From the NCBI GenBank assembly GCA_004431415.1, contig QPMI01000026.1:1-64000 (forward strand): DNA of 64,000 nucleotides, given 5' to 3'. Source of the stretch: Cyanophora paradoxa CCMP329 (lineage: Eukaryota > Plantae > Glaucophyta). The notes under the pieces are model-generated. The model made no database searches and was not told the DNA's origin. It saw only the letters and a program-made list of their open reading frames with translations. Below are positions 21,386-32,053 of the stretch, piece by piece. Position 1 is the first letter of the stretch. Every line of letters begins with the position of its first letter. Made by a program: the position numbers and the translations under genes.

Positions 21386-23898
21386 ATGTCGGCCGCTCTA
21401 GATCTCTCGGAGCGCGATATAGAGCGGGAGACGGTACCGGCACCGGTCCGCCCCGCGGCCACGGACGCAGCGTCTGCCGGGAGCCGGTCGAGCAGGAAGG
21501 AGAGAGAGGATGCCGCGGCCGGCCTGCGGCGCATCGATATCGACATCGGCGTCGACGTGGAGTCCGGCGTGCGACCGGGGCAGGTCCGGACGTCCGCGCG
21601 CGCGTGCCGAGCCTCTCGCTGCGCGAGCGCGCCTCTCGCTGAGTCACGGATCCAGGTGGCCCACGCGTACGTGGAGCACGCGGGCCCCAAGCGCGCCTAC
21701 ATGAGAGTGCGCCGTCTTCGAAATCAAATTAGATTTAGAACCTCTCCGGGTCCGGGGCGCCCCGGCCCGGCCCGGCCCCCCTAGGCCCCAGCCCTGGCTT
21801 TAGCTTCCGCGAACGACTCGATCGATGGCGACGCATATAAATTTGATCTAGACCTGCCGCCGCTCTGATCTGATCTCACCACGCCCCGCCCCGGCAGGAC
21901 ATCATACTGGTGCGCTTTCGATTCGAATTCGAGCCTAGGCCTCGAGCCCCGAGCTCCCAGTTCCCAGCCACGCGACCGCTGACGCGACCGCTGCGCTCCG
22001 GCGGTCTCTCGCATGCCCCCTGCAGGGCGTGAACGGTCCGCGCCTTTCCCCCCGCCCCCCCACTACCCCCGCCCCCGGTCTGACTGCCCCGCCCCCCTTT
22101 CCCCCCCCCCCCCCCCCCCCCCCACGCGCGCAGATGGCCTGGTCTCGACGTTCCTGCTGGTGATCGGCGTGGCGGGGGCGGCATGGAGACGCACCACATC
22201 CTCCTCGTGCGACCCGCCTCTCTACCCCCCCCCCTGCCCCCGCCCAGCACCAGATATAGATCATGGATTCAGACTTCCGTGCGCTAGTACGACCCTTCGT
22301 ACGGGCCCCGTTGCCGCCGCGCCCCGCCTCGCCACGCCTCTTCCCCCGTCCCCCTCCCACCCCACCCCCTCTCACCCCTATCCCCTCCCCCCCCCCCCCT
22401 TCCCCCTTCCGCCCGCCCAGAGCCCCTAAATGCGCCCCCGCGGCAGATCGGGCTGACTTCGCCCTAGACTCTGCCCCAGTGAAACTTGGAATGAAACTAG
22501 ATGAGCGCCCCTAGATGAAACTTGGAACGAAACTGGATGAAACTCGCCCCCCGCAGATCGGGCTGACGTCGGCGGTCGCTGGGGCGATCGATATACTTTA
22601 AGCCTTTTAAGAGCCTTTAAGAGCCTTTAAGAGCCTTTGAGAGCCTTTGAGAGCCTTTGAGAGCCTTTAAGAGCCCCGCCCCGAAATTCAACTAATAACT
22701 AATATATAACTGCCCTCTTGCAGATCGGGCTGACGTCGGCGATCGCTGGGGCGATCTCGATGGGCCTCGGCGAGTACCTCGCCACACGCTCCCAGAACCA
22801 GCGCGTACCCCCCGCCCCCGCCCTCGCTCGGCCCGCCCCGTCCGTCCCGTGACCGGCCCCCCCCCCCCCCCCCCCCCCGCAGGATGACGGACGGGGAGAT
22901 CAAGCTCGAGAAGGACGTGCGCGCCGCCCGCCCGTGCCCTTAATTAAGAAGATAGGGACTCTTTGCTTAATCTCAGCTTGATCTTGACAACCAAAGAGCG
23001 AGGGGCCCGCTCGGATCTCGAGCTGAGCTTAAGACTATGGCCCATGACCATGGCCAGGCCAGGCCAGGCCAGGCCAGGTCTAGGGTGGGATATGGCGCTG
23101 ACGCTGGCCGGGGCCGGCCGCGCGGCGCAGCACGTGCGCTTCCACCGTGAGAAGGAGGTCGCCGAGGTGCTCGGCCCCCCCGCCCCACCACGTGCCCTAG
23201 TCCCCATCTCGATCTCCGCCCCCCCCCCCCACCTCCCCTCTCCCTTACCCGCCTCTCACCCCCACCCTCTCCCCTCCCCGCCCCCCCCCCCCCCCCCCCC
23301 CCCGCCCCTTGTCTCGATCTCGATCTCCACTACGCTTCCCACCCACCCCACCCCCACGCCCCACCCCACCCCACCCCCCACGCCCCACCCCACCCTTGGC
23401 CTTGCCTACCCCTCTAACCCCCCCCTCCCCAGGTGCGGGAGACGCTGCGGGCGTTCAAGCTCGAGGGCGACTTCCTCGAGGAGGCCGTCCGCCGCATCGC
23501 CGCCGACGACGAGGCCCTCCTGTGCGCTCTAACTCCCGATCCGCCTGGCCTCTCATTAAATGAAATAAGCTCGGGGTAATAATAGTACGCTAGCTTGCTA
23601 TATACGGCCCAGACTTGCCTAGTCCTCCCGTTTGCAAGCTAGCCGAACCTCGGCCCTGCGGAGCTCCGCCGGGCACGCGCGCGGCCTTAGGATATCGATC
23701 CAACGACAAAACCCTCGTCTCCCCCCCTCCCCCCTCGACTAGACTAGCCTAGCCGGCGCTCTCCCAGTATTTAGCTTGCAGCCCTCCGGGTCCTTCGCGG
23801 TCTTAGGATAATAATAAACTTCTCATATAGGATATGAATTGTGTAACCCTCGTCCTCGCGCCCCCGTCTCCGCGCGCGCCGACCCCCGTGTCTCCTCC

Positions 23899-23932
<34 letters not shown>

Positions 23933-24663
23933 CCCCGGCCCCGACCCGCCCCCGCCCGCAGGAACTTTATGATGGTGACGGAGTTCGGGCAGAGCGAGGA
24001 CGACCTCCGCCGCCCCTGGAAGGCGAGCTGGCGCGGGGGCGAGGGCGGCTTCTAGGGCGAAATTAGATATTAGATCGCGCCCAGTGCAGCTTATCATTAA
24101 GCTCAGCGCTAGCGGCTCTTGAGCGAACTATTGAGCCCTGCGCAGCTCGATCTCAGCCCGCTGACTCGGAGGGCCCCGGCCCGGCCCGCCCGCGCGCAGG
24201 CGATGGCGGTCTCCTGCGGCCTCTTCTTCCTCGGCTCCCTCCCCTCCTGGCCCGCCATACCCCCTACCCCTCCACCCCCCCTCCTCTCACCCCCCCCCTC
24301 AGGCTTCCCGCGTCGTTCGTGAGAAGCCCGCGGGATCTCATCATCGTGGCCTCCGTCCTCTGCTTCTCCTCTCTATTCGCCGTCGGGTGAGCGGCCGCGC
24401 GCTCATACGCAAGTTATTTTGATATATATAAGCCTTTAAGCCCTCCGTCCTAAATAAAGATACTTTTTGATAAGTCTACGTAAATATAAGAACGCGCGCG
24501 ACCGCCTGATCGTGACCGGTCTGGCAGGGTGGTGAAGGGCCGCGCGACGCGCTCGAGCCAGCTGCGCTCGGGGCTCGAGAACGTGGTGCTGGGCGGCCTC
24601 GGCGCCGCCCTCTGCTACGGGATCGGCGCCCTCGCCGGCTCGGGGGCGGCCCGCGCCCCGTAG
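21386..24663 (+). CDS. VIT1: VIT1/CCC1 transporter, copy B (one G short in a homopolymer at ~22174: frameshift or sequencing error)
   Basis: Same exon series as copy A (DIIL, GVN, DGLVSTF, IGLTSAIAGAISMGLGEYLATRSQNQ ... ALCYGIGALAGSGAARAP*). G5 vs G6 in the GVAGGG codons. Extra GC donor in TGG AAG|GCGAGC at ~24023. Confidence 0.85.
22601..22675. repeat. 10-bp tandem repeat (GAGCCTTTRA) in a VIT1-B intron
   Basis: Six full units at 22611-22670 plus partial flanking units. Confidence 0.9.
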
Positions 24664-24711
24664 CCCATAGGCATGGCCAGCGGATCCAGATGCAGATCTA
24701 TATTTATGTAT

Positions 24712-24795
24712 AGCACGCCGGGGCGGCCTTTCTTCGCATTCAGATATGTATGTATATCTAAATCAAGCACGCCGGGGCGGCCTTTCTTCGCATTC
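24712..24795. repeat. 30-bp direct repeat downstream of VIT1-B
   Basis: AGCACGCCGGGGCGGCCTTTCTTCGCATTC occurs twice, separated by an AT-rich spacer. Confidence 0.9.
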
Positions 24796-25475
24796 TTTTA
24801 TCTCTGTACAGCCTCGCAGAACGCATCGATGTTGTTCCACTAGCTACGTATATACAGTGTTTCCGAGTTCAATCTCCGTTCCGGATCCCTTTCGCATCCG
24901 AATCCAGTTTCGATGATCCAGTTTCGCGAGTCAGCACCACGTATACGGCAATTTGCAATTGTGATCGAATATTCATAGCCAATTGTGTGAGCGCCGTGGC
25001 ACGGGAGGCTCATGCACATATATGATCATGATATCACACTCATGATCAGTGGCTGCAGCTGATCATGATCATGATCATGCACGTTTGTGTCAAGTATAAC
25101 AGCTGCAGTTGTCCCACCGTGGGCGCGGGATCTGCCAGGCTTCCGTTAAAACATTTGATTTATTCGAATTCTCAAGATTCTAGCTCCCCCGCCATTGCAT
25201 TTGCAGATACGCGATCGATATCGTCCGCCGCCGACGTCATGCAAGCTTCAATTCCGATCAAGCTTCATCTTCGTCTTCTTTTCGGAAAAAACATTGTTCT
25301 ACGTAGCCTAGTAGGCGAGGGTTTCACGCCCCCTTCTTGATTCAAAGAAAACACTTTTCATAAATCACACACGGGCGCGCGCGCCGCGGCGCCGCGTCCG
25401 ACGGTCGCCCGCGTTTACTTTCAGCGAGCTCGAGCCCCGAGGATCGTCGGGAAATATCCGGCCGATAGTTCGCGA

Positions 25476-26044
25476 TCACTCGTTGTGGTTCAGGCTGAGG
25501 TCGGCGAGCCAGCAGGCCGCGTTCTTGATGTACCTGCGCGTGCCCCCGAACGCCCGGTCAGTTAATGCCCTTTCAGAATTTCCGAGGAGGGGGGCAGCTC
25601 CAGGGCAGGAGGGATCCGGGGCGGGTCCTAAATCTAGGTCTCAATCTAGGGCTTAATTCGGACTTGCGTGGGAGAGGTGGAAAGGCTACAGGCCGGGGAC
25701 AGGGGCGGAGGAGGCCCTCAACTACGGGATCGGGGCCCGGCCCGTGATTCGAATCTTCAGGGGAGGGGGGGCCGGGGGGGGGGGGGGAGGGGGGGAGGGG
25801 GGGGGGAGGGCTCGGGGCGGGCGGGCGGGGCGGGGCGGGGCGGGGCGGGGCGGGGCGGGCGGGGCGGGGCGGGGCAGGGCGGGCGGGGCGGGCGCCGGGG
25901 GCCATCTCTAGATCTTATTAGAAATCGACATCTAGGTTCGTCCCCGTCTAGATTAAGATCTCAGTTTGGGGCGCACCGGGCGCAGCCGGCCATCTCGAAG
26001 TTGCCGGGGAACATGCGCGTGAAGCCGCCGTCGACGTCGAGCAC
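25476..26044 (-). pseudogene. Orphan last two exons of a gene: VLDVDGGFTRMFPGNFEMAGCAR-YIKNAACWLADLSLNHNE*
   Basis: GTGCGC donor (25976) and branch point/CAG acceptor (25534) give an in-frame join. From recall, it resembles the DGGFTR...AGTARY..NAA.WL tail of protist class-I-GATase-like domain proteins. No upstream acceptor AG or further exons found. Confidence 0.55.
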
Positions 26045-26422
26045 CGCGCGCCGCCCCCCCGGCCCCCCCCCCCCCCCCCCGACTCGAAGAGCGCTGCGGG
26101 GGGCGGAGGGTGCACTTGAGAAGTGAAATCGGTATTAGACCACCAGACCTGACATTTCAAGTTTGGCAATCAAACAAAAATTAAATATTAACGCCCGGCG
26201 AATGACGCATATGCGTCATGGAATGAATCTGCATGATGCATCATCCCGCGCCTAGTGCAGCTTCATTAAAATATGCGCAAGTTTAAGCGCTAGCGCTAGG
26301 GCCTGATATCGATGGCCTTCTTCACCTGCGCTACCGTAGTACTAGGCTAGCATAGTCGGCTAGACCTGGCCAGTAGTAGCGCACTATAAGCGGCGCTCAA
26401 CTTCGCGGCTAAAGACTAACGC

Positions 26423-28180
26423 GCGGGGCGGCGGGGCCCCGCCCCGCCGCCGGTCGGACCCGGCCCGGTGGGCCGCGCCTGCGCGCGCGCCCCCCTGCCA
26501 GGCTGAGAAAGCGGGGCGGCGGGGCCCCGCCCCGCCGCCGATCGGACCGGCCCGGTGGGCCGCGCCTGCGCGCGCGCCCCCCTGCCAGGCTGAGAGAGCG
26601 GCGCCGGCGGCGGGCGCCCTGAGGCGGCTGAGGCGGTTGGCGGGAGTCGGCCTCGAGTCGGTCTGCGCGAGAGCTCGGAAGCCGGCCTCGAGGGCGCGGG
26701 CCCGGAGGGCGGCGGCGGCGCGGCCGGCGGCGCGGCTCCTGCGCCCCGGCCGCGGCCGCCCCGAGGCGTGCGAGTTCCGCCCGCGCGCGCCCGCGCCGCC
26801 TCCGGCCTCCGCCCGCGTCGGCCCGGCGGCCCTCGGCGGCCTCCCGGCCGCTCGCCCCGTCGCGCGGCCGCGGCGGGCCGGCGCCCTCCGCGCAGGAGGA
26901 AGGCCGCCGGTGCGGCCGGGCTTGGGCGCCCTGCTCTGCCGCCGGCGGCGCTGGCGGCTTCGAAGAGGCACACCGGAGCGCCCCGGTGCCACCACGCCGG
27001 CTGCCGGCGCTGCCTGCGTGCCCCTCTCAGAGGAGGCGCAGGGTGCCCGCGCTGGCGGGAGGGGAGGAAGGAAGGCTCGGAAGGGGTACGAGAAGGCCTG
27101 GGCGGGGAGGGGGCGGGGGGCGCCGGCGGGCGGGGCGGGGGCGGGCCCCGCGGCGACGGCCCTCAGCGCCTCGTGCACGTCGGGCCGGCGCAGGCACGCC
27201 GGCTCCTCGAAGTCTGTACCCCCGGGCAGGGCCGCTCGGACAGATGAGAGGGGTACGGGCGCGAGGGCGCGCGGCCGGGGGCGGACCGAGGGCGTAGGCG
27301 TGGAGGACGCGGGCGGCCGCGAGGAGGAGGCGGCGGCGGCCCTCTGAGGCATCGTCTCCGGGCCGCCGCGGCGCCAGCGCCCGGCCCCGCCCGCCGCCCC
27401 GCCGCAGCGGAGCCGGGGCGGGTGCCGGGGGCGGGGCCGAGAGCCCGCGGGGCGCCGTGGCGCCGGCGCTGGCGGGCGCGTGGGCGGCGGGGGCGCCTCG
27501 AGGGCCGCCGGAGCGACGAAGACGCGCGCGGCGATGTCGGCGGCCGGCAGCAGCGCCCGCCGCAGCTCGTCGGCCCCGGCGAGAGGGCGCCGGCGGCCGC
27601 CGCCCACGCGTAGATCCCCAGGCTCGAGCGCTCGAGGTCGCGGCTCGAGACGAGGCCGCAGAGTGCGTAGCTGCCGCCCGCCCGCCACAGCGTCTCCGCG
27701 AAGGCCTCTGGAACGCGCGCGGCATAAGGAAGGGCCGCGGGCGAGCGCGGGCGCCGCTCGGAGGCACCGGGTTGGCGGTCTCGGTGCCCATCTGCGCGAG
27801 CGCGCGGGCGGCCTCATGCACCGCATCGCTGTCGGCGGCCTCGGGCCCGGCCTCGAGGGCGCGGAGCGCGGCGGCGGCGCGGCCGACGACGCGGCCGACG
27901 ACGCGGCCGCCCGGAGGCGCGCGCCCGCCCGCCCCGCATCGTCCCGGCGGCCCTTCCGGCGGCTCGCCCCGTCGCGCGGCCGCGGCGGGCGGGCGCCCTC
28001 CGCGCCGCGAGGAAGGCCTCCGCGCCTCCGCGTCCGAGCGGGCGGTCCGACCCGCCCTCCGCGCCGCGGGCAAGCTTAAGGACGCGGGCGCGGCCGGGCC
28101 GGGGCGCCCCGCTCTGCCGCCGGCCTTGCTGCGCCTTCGGAGAGGCACCCGGCGCCGCCTGCGCGCGCCCCTCAGAGACG
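26423..28180. repeat. GC-rich region with internal duplications
   Basis: ~88-bp tandem pair (26423-26510, 26511-26598); 26635-27030 resembles 27770-28180. Confidence 0.75.
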
Positions 28181-30010
28181 GCTCAGGGCTAGGAAGGGAG
28201 GAGGGAGGAGGGGGGAGGGTGGGTACCTGGGGAGGAGGGCGGGGGGTAGGGGCTCCCTTCTTCCCGGGGGGCGAGGGTCAGAGAAGGAGAGGGGAGGAGA
28301 AAGAGTACGCACGGGGGAAGAGGAAGGGGGTACCCAAATGAAGGGAGCCGTGCCGTCTAGGGTACCCTTGGGAAGGAGAGGGGGTACCTTCACGGGAGTG
28401 CGGGGGTCGGAGGTGGTCAAACGGGCGAGTTCAAGATAAAAAATGGGTACCTGGGGAAAAGATAGGGGTACCCGATCAAAGAACATCGCGCCCTGTAATC
28501 GGCGCCGCCTGCGTACCCCCCTTTCAGGGCTCGGAGGGCTTGAAAAGGGAGGAGGGAGGAGGGGGGCTACCTTGTCCATCGTGCAGGTCTTGGGGCGGAG
28601 GGTACATCTCCTCCCGAGCAGCTGTACCCGCCCAACGCACTGGAGGGGGGGGGAGGAAGGAAGGCTCAGAGGGCGTACAGGGAATAAAACGAGAGGGGAG
28701 GAAGGGGGAATAGAGAGGCGAAAAGTGCGGAAGGCTCCCGTCGAGGGCGAAGAGGTCATACTAAAGGGGGGAAGGGATGCTCGAAGGGGGGGTACCAGGA
28801 GAAGGAAGGAAATATTGGAGGTAAAGGGGTACTCAAGAGCAAAATGGCGCCAGCGGTCCGCCCCCTAAGCCGGTGCTGAGACCCGAAGCCAGCGGCGGGG
28901 TACAAGCGTGAGGGAGCCGGGACTCGCACGTGAGCCGGCGACTGCCGAGCGGCCGGGGGTGTCGACTGGCACTGTGCGGCTGCCGCCGCCCCGGGCTCGC
29001 CGCCAGCCGAGTAGGGCCCGTTCTGCGCAGGAGGGGCGGGGTGAGGGGATTGGAGCTCGAGACGGAGAGACAGGCGGGTACGAGATGAGAAAGAGCTCGT
29101 GGGGAAAGGAGGAGGGAGGGCGAGAGGGCAGGAGGGAGGGGGGGGGGGGGAGGGAGGGGGCGGTAAGGGATGGGCTATAACGTGGTGGAGTAGAGGGGGA
29201 AGGGAGAGAGAGGGAAGGGGTGTGACGGGGTACAGGAAAGGTGAAGATGAAGAAAGGGGGCAGGGGAGGGCGGGTAGCCAAAGCGGTAGGCGGGAGCCGT
29301 GAAACGAAAAGGAGGGTACTTCGAATTCGGGGACCGGGGTAGAGGCAAGGAAGGAGGGCGGGAAAGAGAGCAAGGGGTACGCACACGGGGGTACGCGGCC
29401 GGCCTCGCGCCCCCCCCGCCACCTCCGCCCCGCCTCGTGGGAAGCCGGCAGTGCCCGGTCGGCCCTGCGCGGCAGCGGCCCGATCCGGCCGCGCGCTGGC
29501 CGCGGCGCGCCGCGCCGACCGGAGGCGGAGGGGGCGGGGGGGGGGGGGGGGGGGGGGGGGGGGGCGGGGCGGAGGGGACGGCCCCAAAGCCGAAGCGGCG
29601 GCGGGGGCGGGGGCGGGGGAAGGGGGGGAGGGGGGGCGGAGGCTGAAGGAGAGAACGAGAGGGAGGGGAAGGGGGCTAGCAGGGGAGGAGAGCGGAGGCG
29701 GAGGCGGGGGCGGTTGAAGGGGGGAAGGGGGGGAGGGGTTGGGGGGGGGGGAAGAAGATGGGGAGAGGCGGCCGGCGCGGCTCGGCGCGGCTCGGCGGGA
29801 GAGGGGCGGCCGCTGGGCTCGGCGGGAGAGGGGCGGCCGCCGGGCGCGGCGGGAGAGGGGCGGCCGCCGGGCGCGGCGGGAGGGGGCGGCGAGGCGGCCC
29901 TCTAGCGCTGGAGAGGGGCGGGCCCAGCGCCCAGCGCCCGGGGCGGAGGGCGGCGGCGACCCCCGCCTCGGGCTCGGGCTCCGGAGCCGGGCGGCGAGAG
30001 CGGCGAGGCC

Positions 30011-30043
<33 letters not shown>

Positions 30044-32053
30044 AGAAGGCCTCGCCGCAGCCGTCCTTCGCGAAGGCTGCTGGGCGTCCCGCTGCACAGC
30101 GGCCGGGGCAGCGCTGGCGGCTGCGGAGAGGCGTCGGCCTCGCAAGCGGCCCTGAATCGAAGCCGGGCACCGGAGCCGCGTCGGGAGGCCCGACAGCGAA
30201 GGGAAGCCCCCCGCCCCGGCCCGCGCTCTCGATCCAAGGCGCTCGGGCCGCCGATCGGCGCGGGCGGGCGCCGGGCCGGGCGCTGCGCGCGGGGGCGGTG
30301 CCGGGGTGGTTAGATCGATCCGCTTCGGGGGCCACGGATGCGTACGCGTGGAGGACCGGCTCCTGAAGGCCCTGGTCGAATTTCGAAGCGAGGAGGCTGA
30401 GGAGACGGGGGCGGAGGCCGGGCGGGGCGAGGGCGAGAGTGGCTCATCGAACGTTCCGTGGCACGGCTCGCGCAGCGGGACGCGGCGGAATTCCAAGAAG
30501 ACTTAGCCATCCCGAGTGCGACAGCAGCGCGCTTCGGGCGCGCGCGGCGCGGCGGACTCGCCTTGCAGATGTGCCGCCGGCGCCTGCGGAGCCGGCGAAT
30601 GTGGCAGAAATGATCAGAAATGTGGCGCGGCGCCGGCGCGCGCGCGGGGGGCCGGGGCGGCAGGAGGGTAAGCGCACTGCGGCTTGTGCTCTCGGAATTG
30701 CCGCTAACAGTCAACGATTGAACGCAATCGACGCAGAGCTGGCGCAGTGCGACTTCGTGCGAGGCGCGCCACGGTGCACGTGAGCGAGAGACCCGGGGGG
30801 CGCGCGTTAGAGCAGCGACATGCGCCGGCCCTGGTCTGCGCATGCGCCGGGGCGGCCAGCATCGCTAGTCCGAGCAGTGGCCCATGGGCCGGGTACAACT
30901 AATTATAACTGCGGCATCTCGACCTCACACCCCGAGCTCCGGACTCGACAGGCGGCGTGGCGCTGGCGAGTTGCTCCCACCAATGAGCCCGGCATGCGCG
31001 CCCCGTTCGGCTTCCGTTGATCGCCGACGCGAGATGAACGCGCAGGTGTCGCAGTGCGACCGACTCGGCGCAATCGATCGGGCGTGGCGAGCTGAGGCAA
31101 GCGAGTTCCAGAAGACTCTTCGCCCGCCACGGTGCGCCCTCCGCGCTCGCGCCCTGAATTGCAACCGCGCAGCTGCAGCTGCAGCTGCGCATGCATATGC
31201 GTATGCAGGACTGCGGCCGCGGCGCCGGCCGGAGCTAACAGGGGCGCGCAGGCCTAGGTGCAAGTCGCAGTGTGATCGAAGCGCGGCAGTGTGGAAGCGC
31301 GGCGAAAGCGCCCGTCATCAAAAGAGAGCGCGCGCGGCGAAAGCGCCAAAGCAACAGTGAGGAAGCGCGCGCGGCGAAAGCAACAGTGAGGAAGCGCGGC
31401 GAAAGCGCCCGTCATCGGAGCTCGAGGCCTAGGCGCCCGCGCGCGGCGCGCGCTTCGCAGCTGCAGCTGCAGCTGGAGCGCTAGCTTGCGTGCGGGCCGG
31501 GCCGGGCGCGGGACGCTCTGGTGCCCAGTGCTCAGTGCAGCTGCAGCGCTAGCCGGCCGCGGCCGCGTGCGATCGCGAGCCCGCGCACCGTGAGACGCGT
31601 ACGACGCTAGCAATTGCAATTGCAAACGAAGTCGCTACGCCAACGGAGGTGACCCAACCAATTATAATATCATCATGAGCAAACTTTTGATCTTGAGGAA
31701 TATATAATACGCAACAGGTGAGCTCGAGCTCTAGATCTAATCTGCAGTTTTCGCTTCGTTCTAGATCGTCGATTTCGATCGTCCCGCCCGGCGAGCCCCG
31801 ACCGGCCAGCCCCTTCGCCGCCCGCCGCGCGCGCCTCCGCCCCGACCGGCCGGCCCCGCCCGAAAAGCCGCGCCTCCGCCCCGCCGCCGCCCGCCGCGCC
31901 TCCGCCCCGCCCGTCGAGCCGCGTCGCCGCGAGCCTACGGCCTAGATTATAATTATGATCAGCGTGTTCATCGCTTACCTTGGGCTTTCCTATGCACACG
32001 TGAAACAGCACACGCACTCTTGAGCTCGTGCTTGAGCCACAATACATATCATC

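Noticed and set aside
22601-22675. Possible CRISPR-like array
   Set aside because: Head-to-tail 10-mers with no spacers and no cas genes, inside a eukaryotic intron.
26384-30496. Long ORFs (480 aa, 373 aa, 543 aa)
   Set aside because: Low-complexity R/P/A/G translations open in several frames, as expected for very GC-rich repetitive DNA; no domain recognised.
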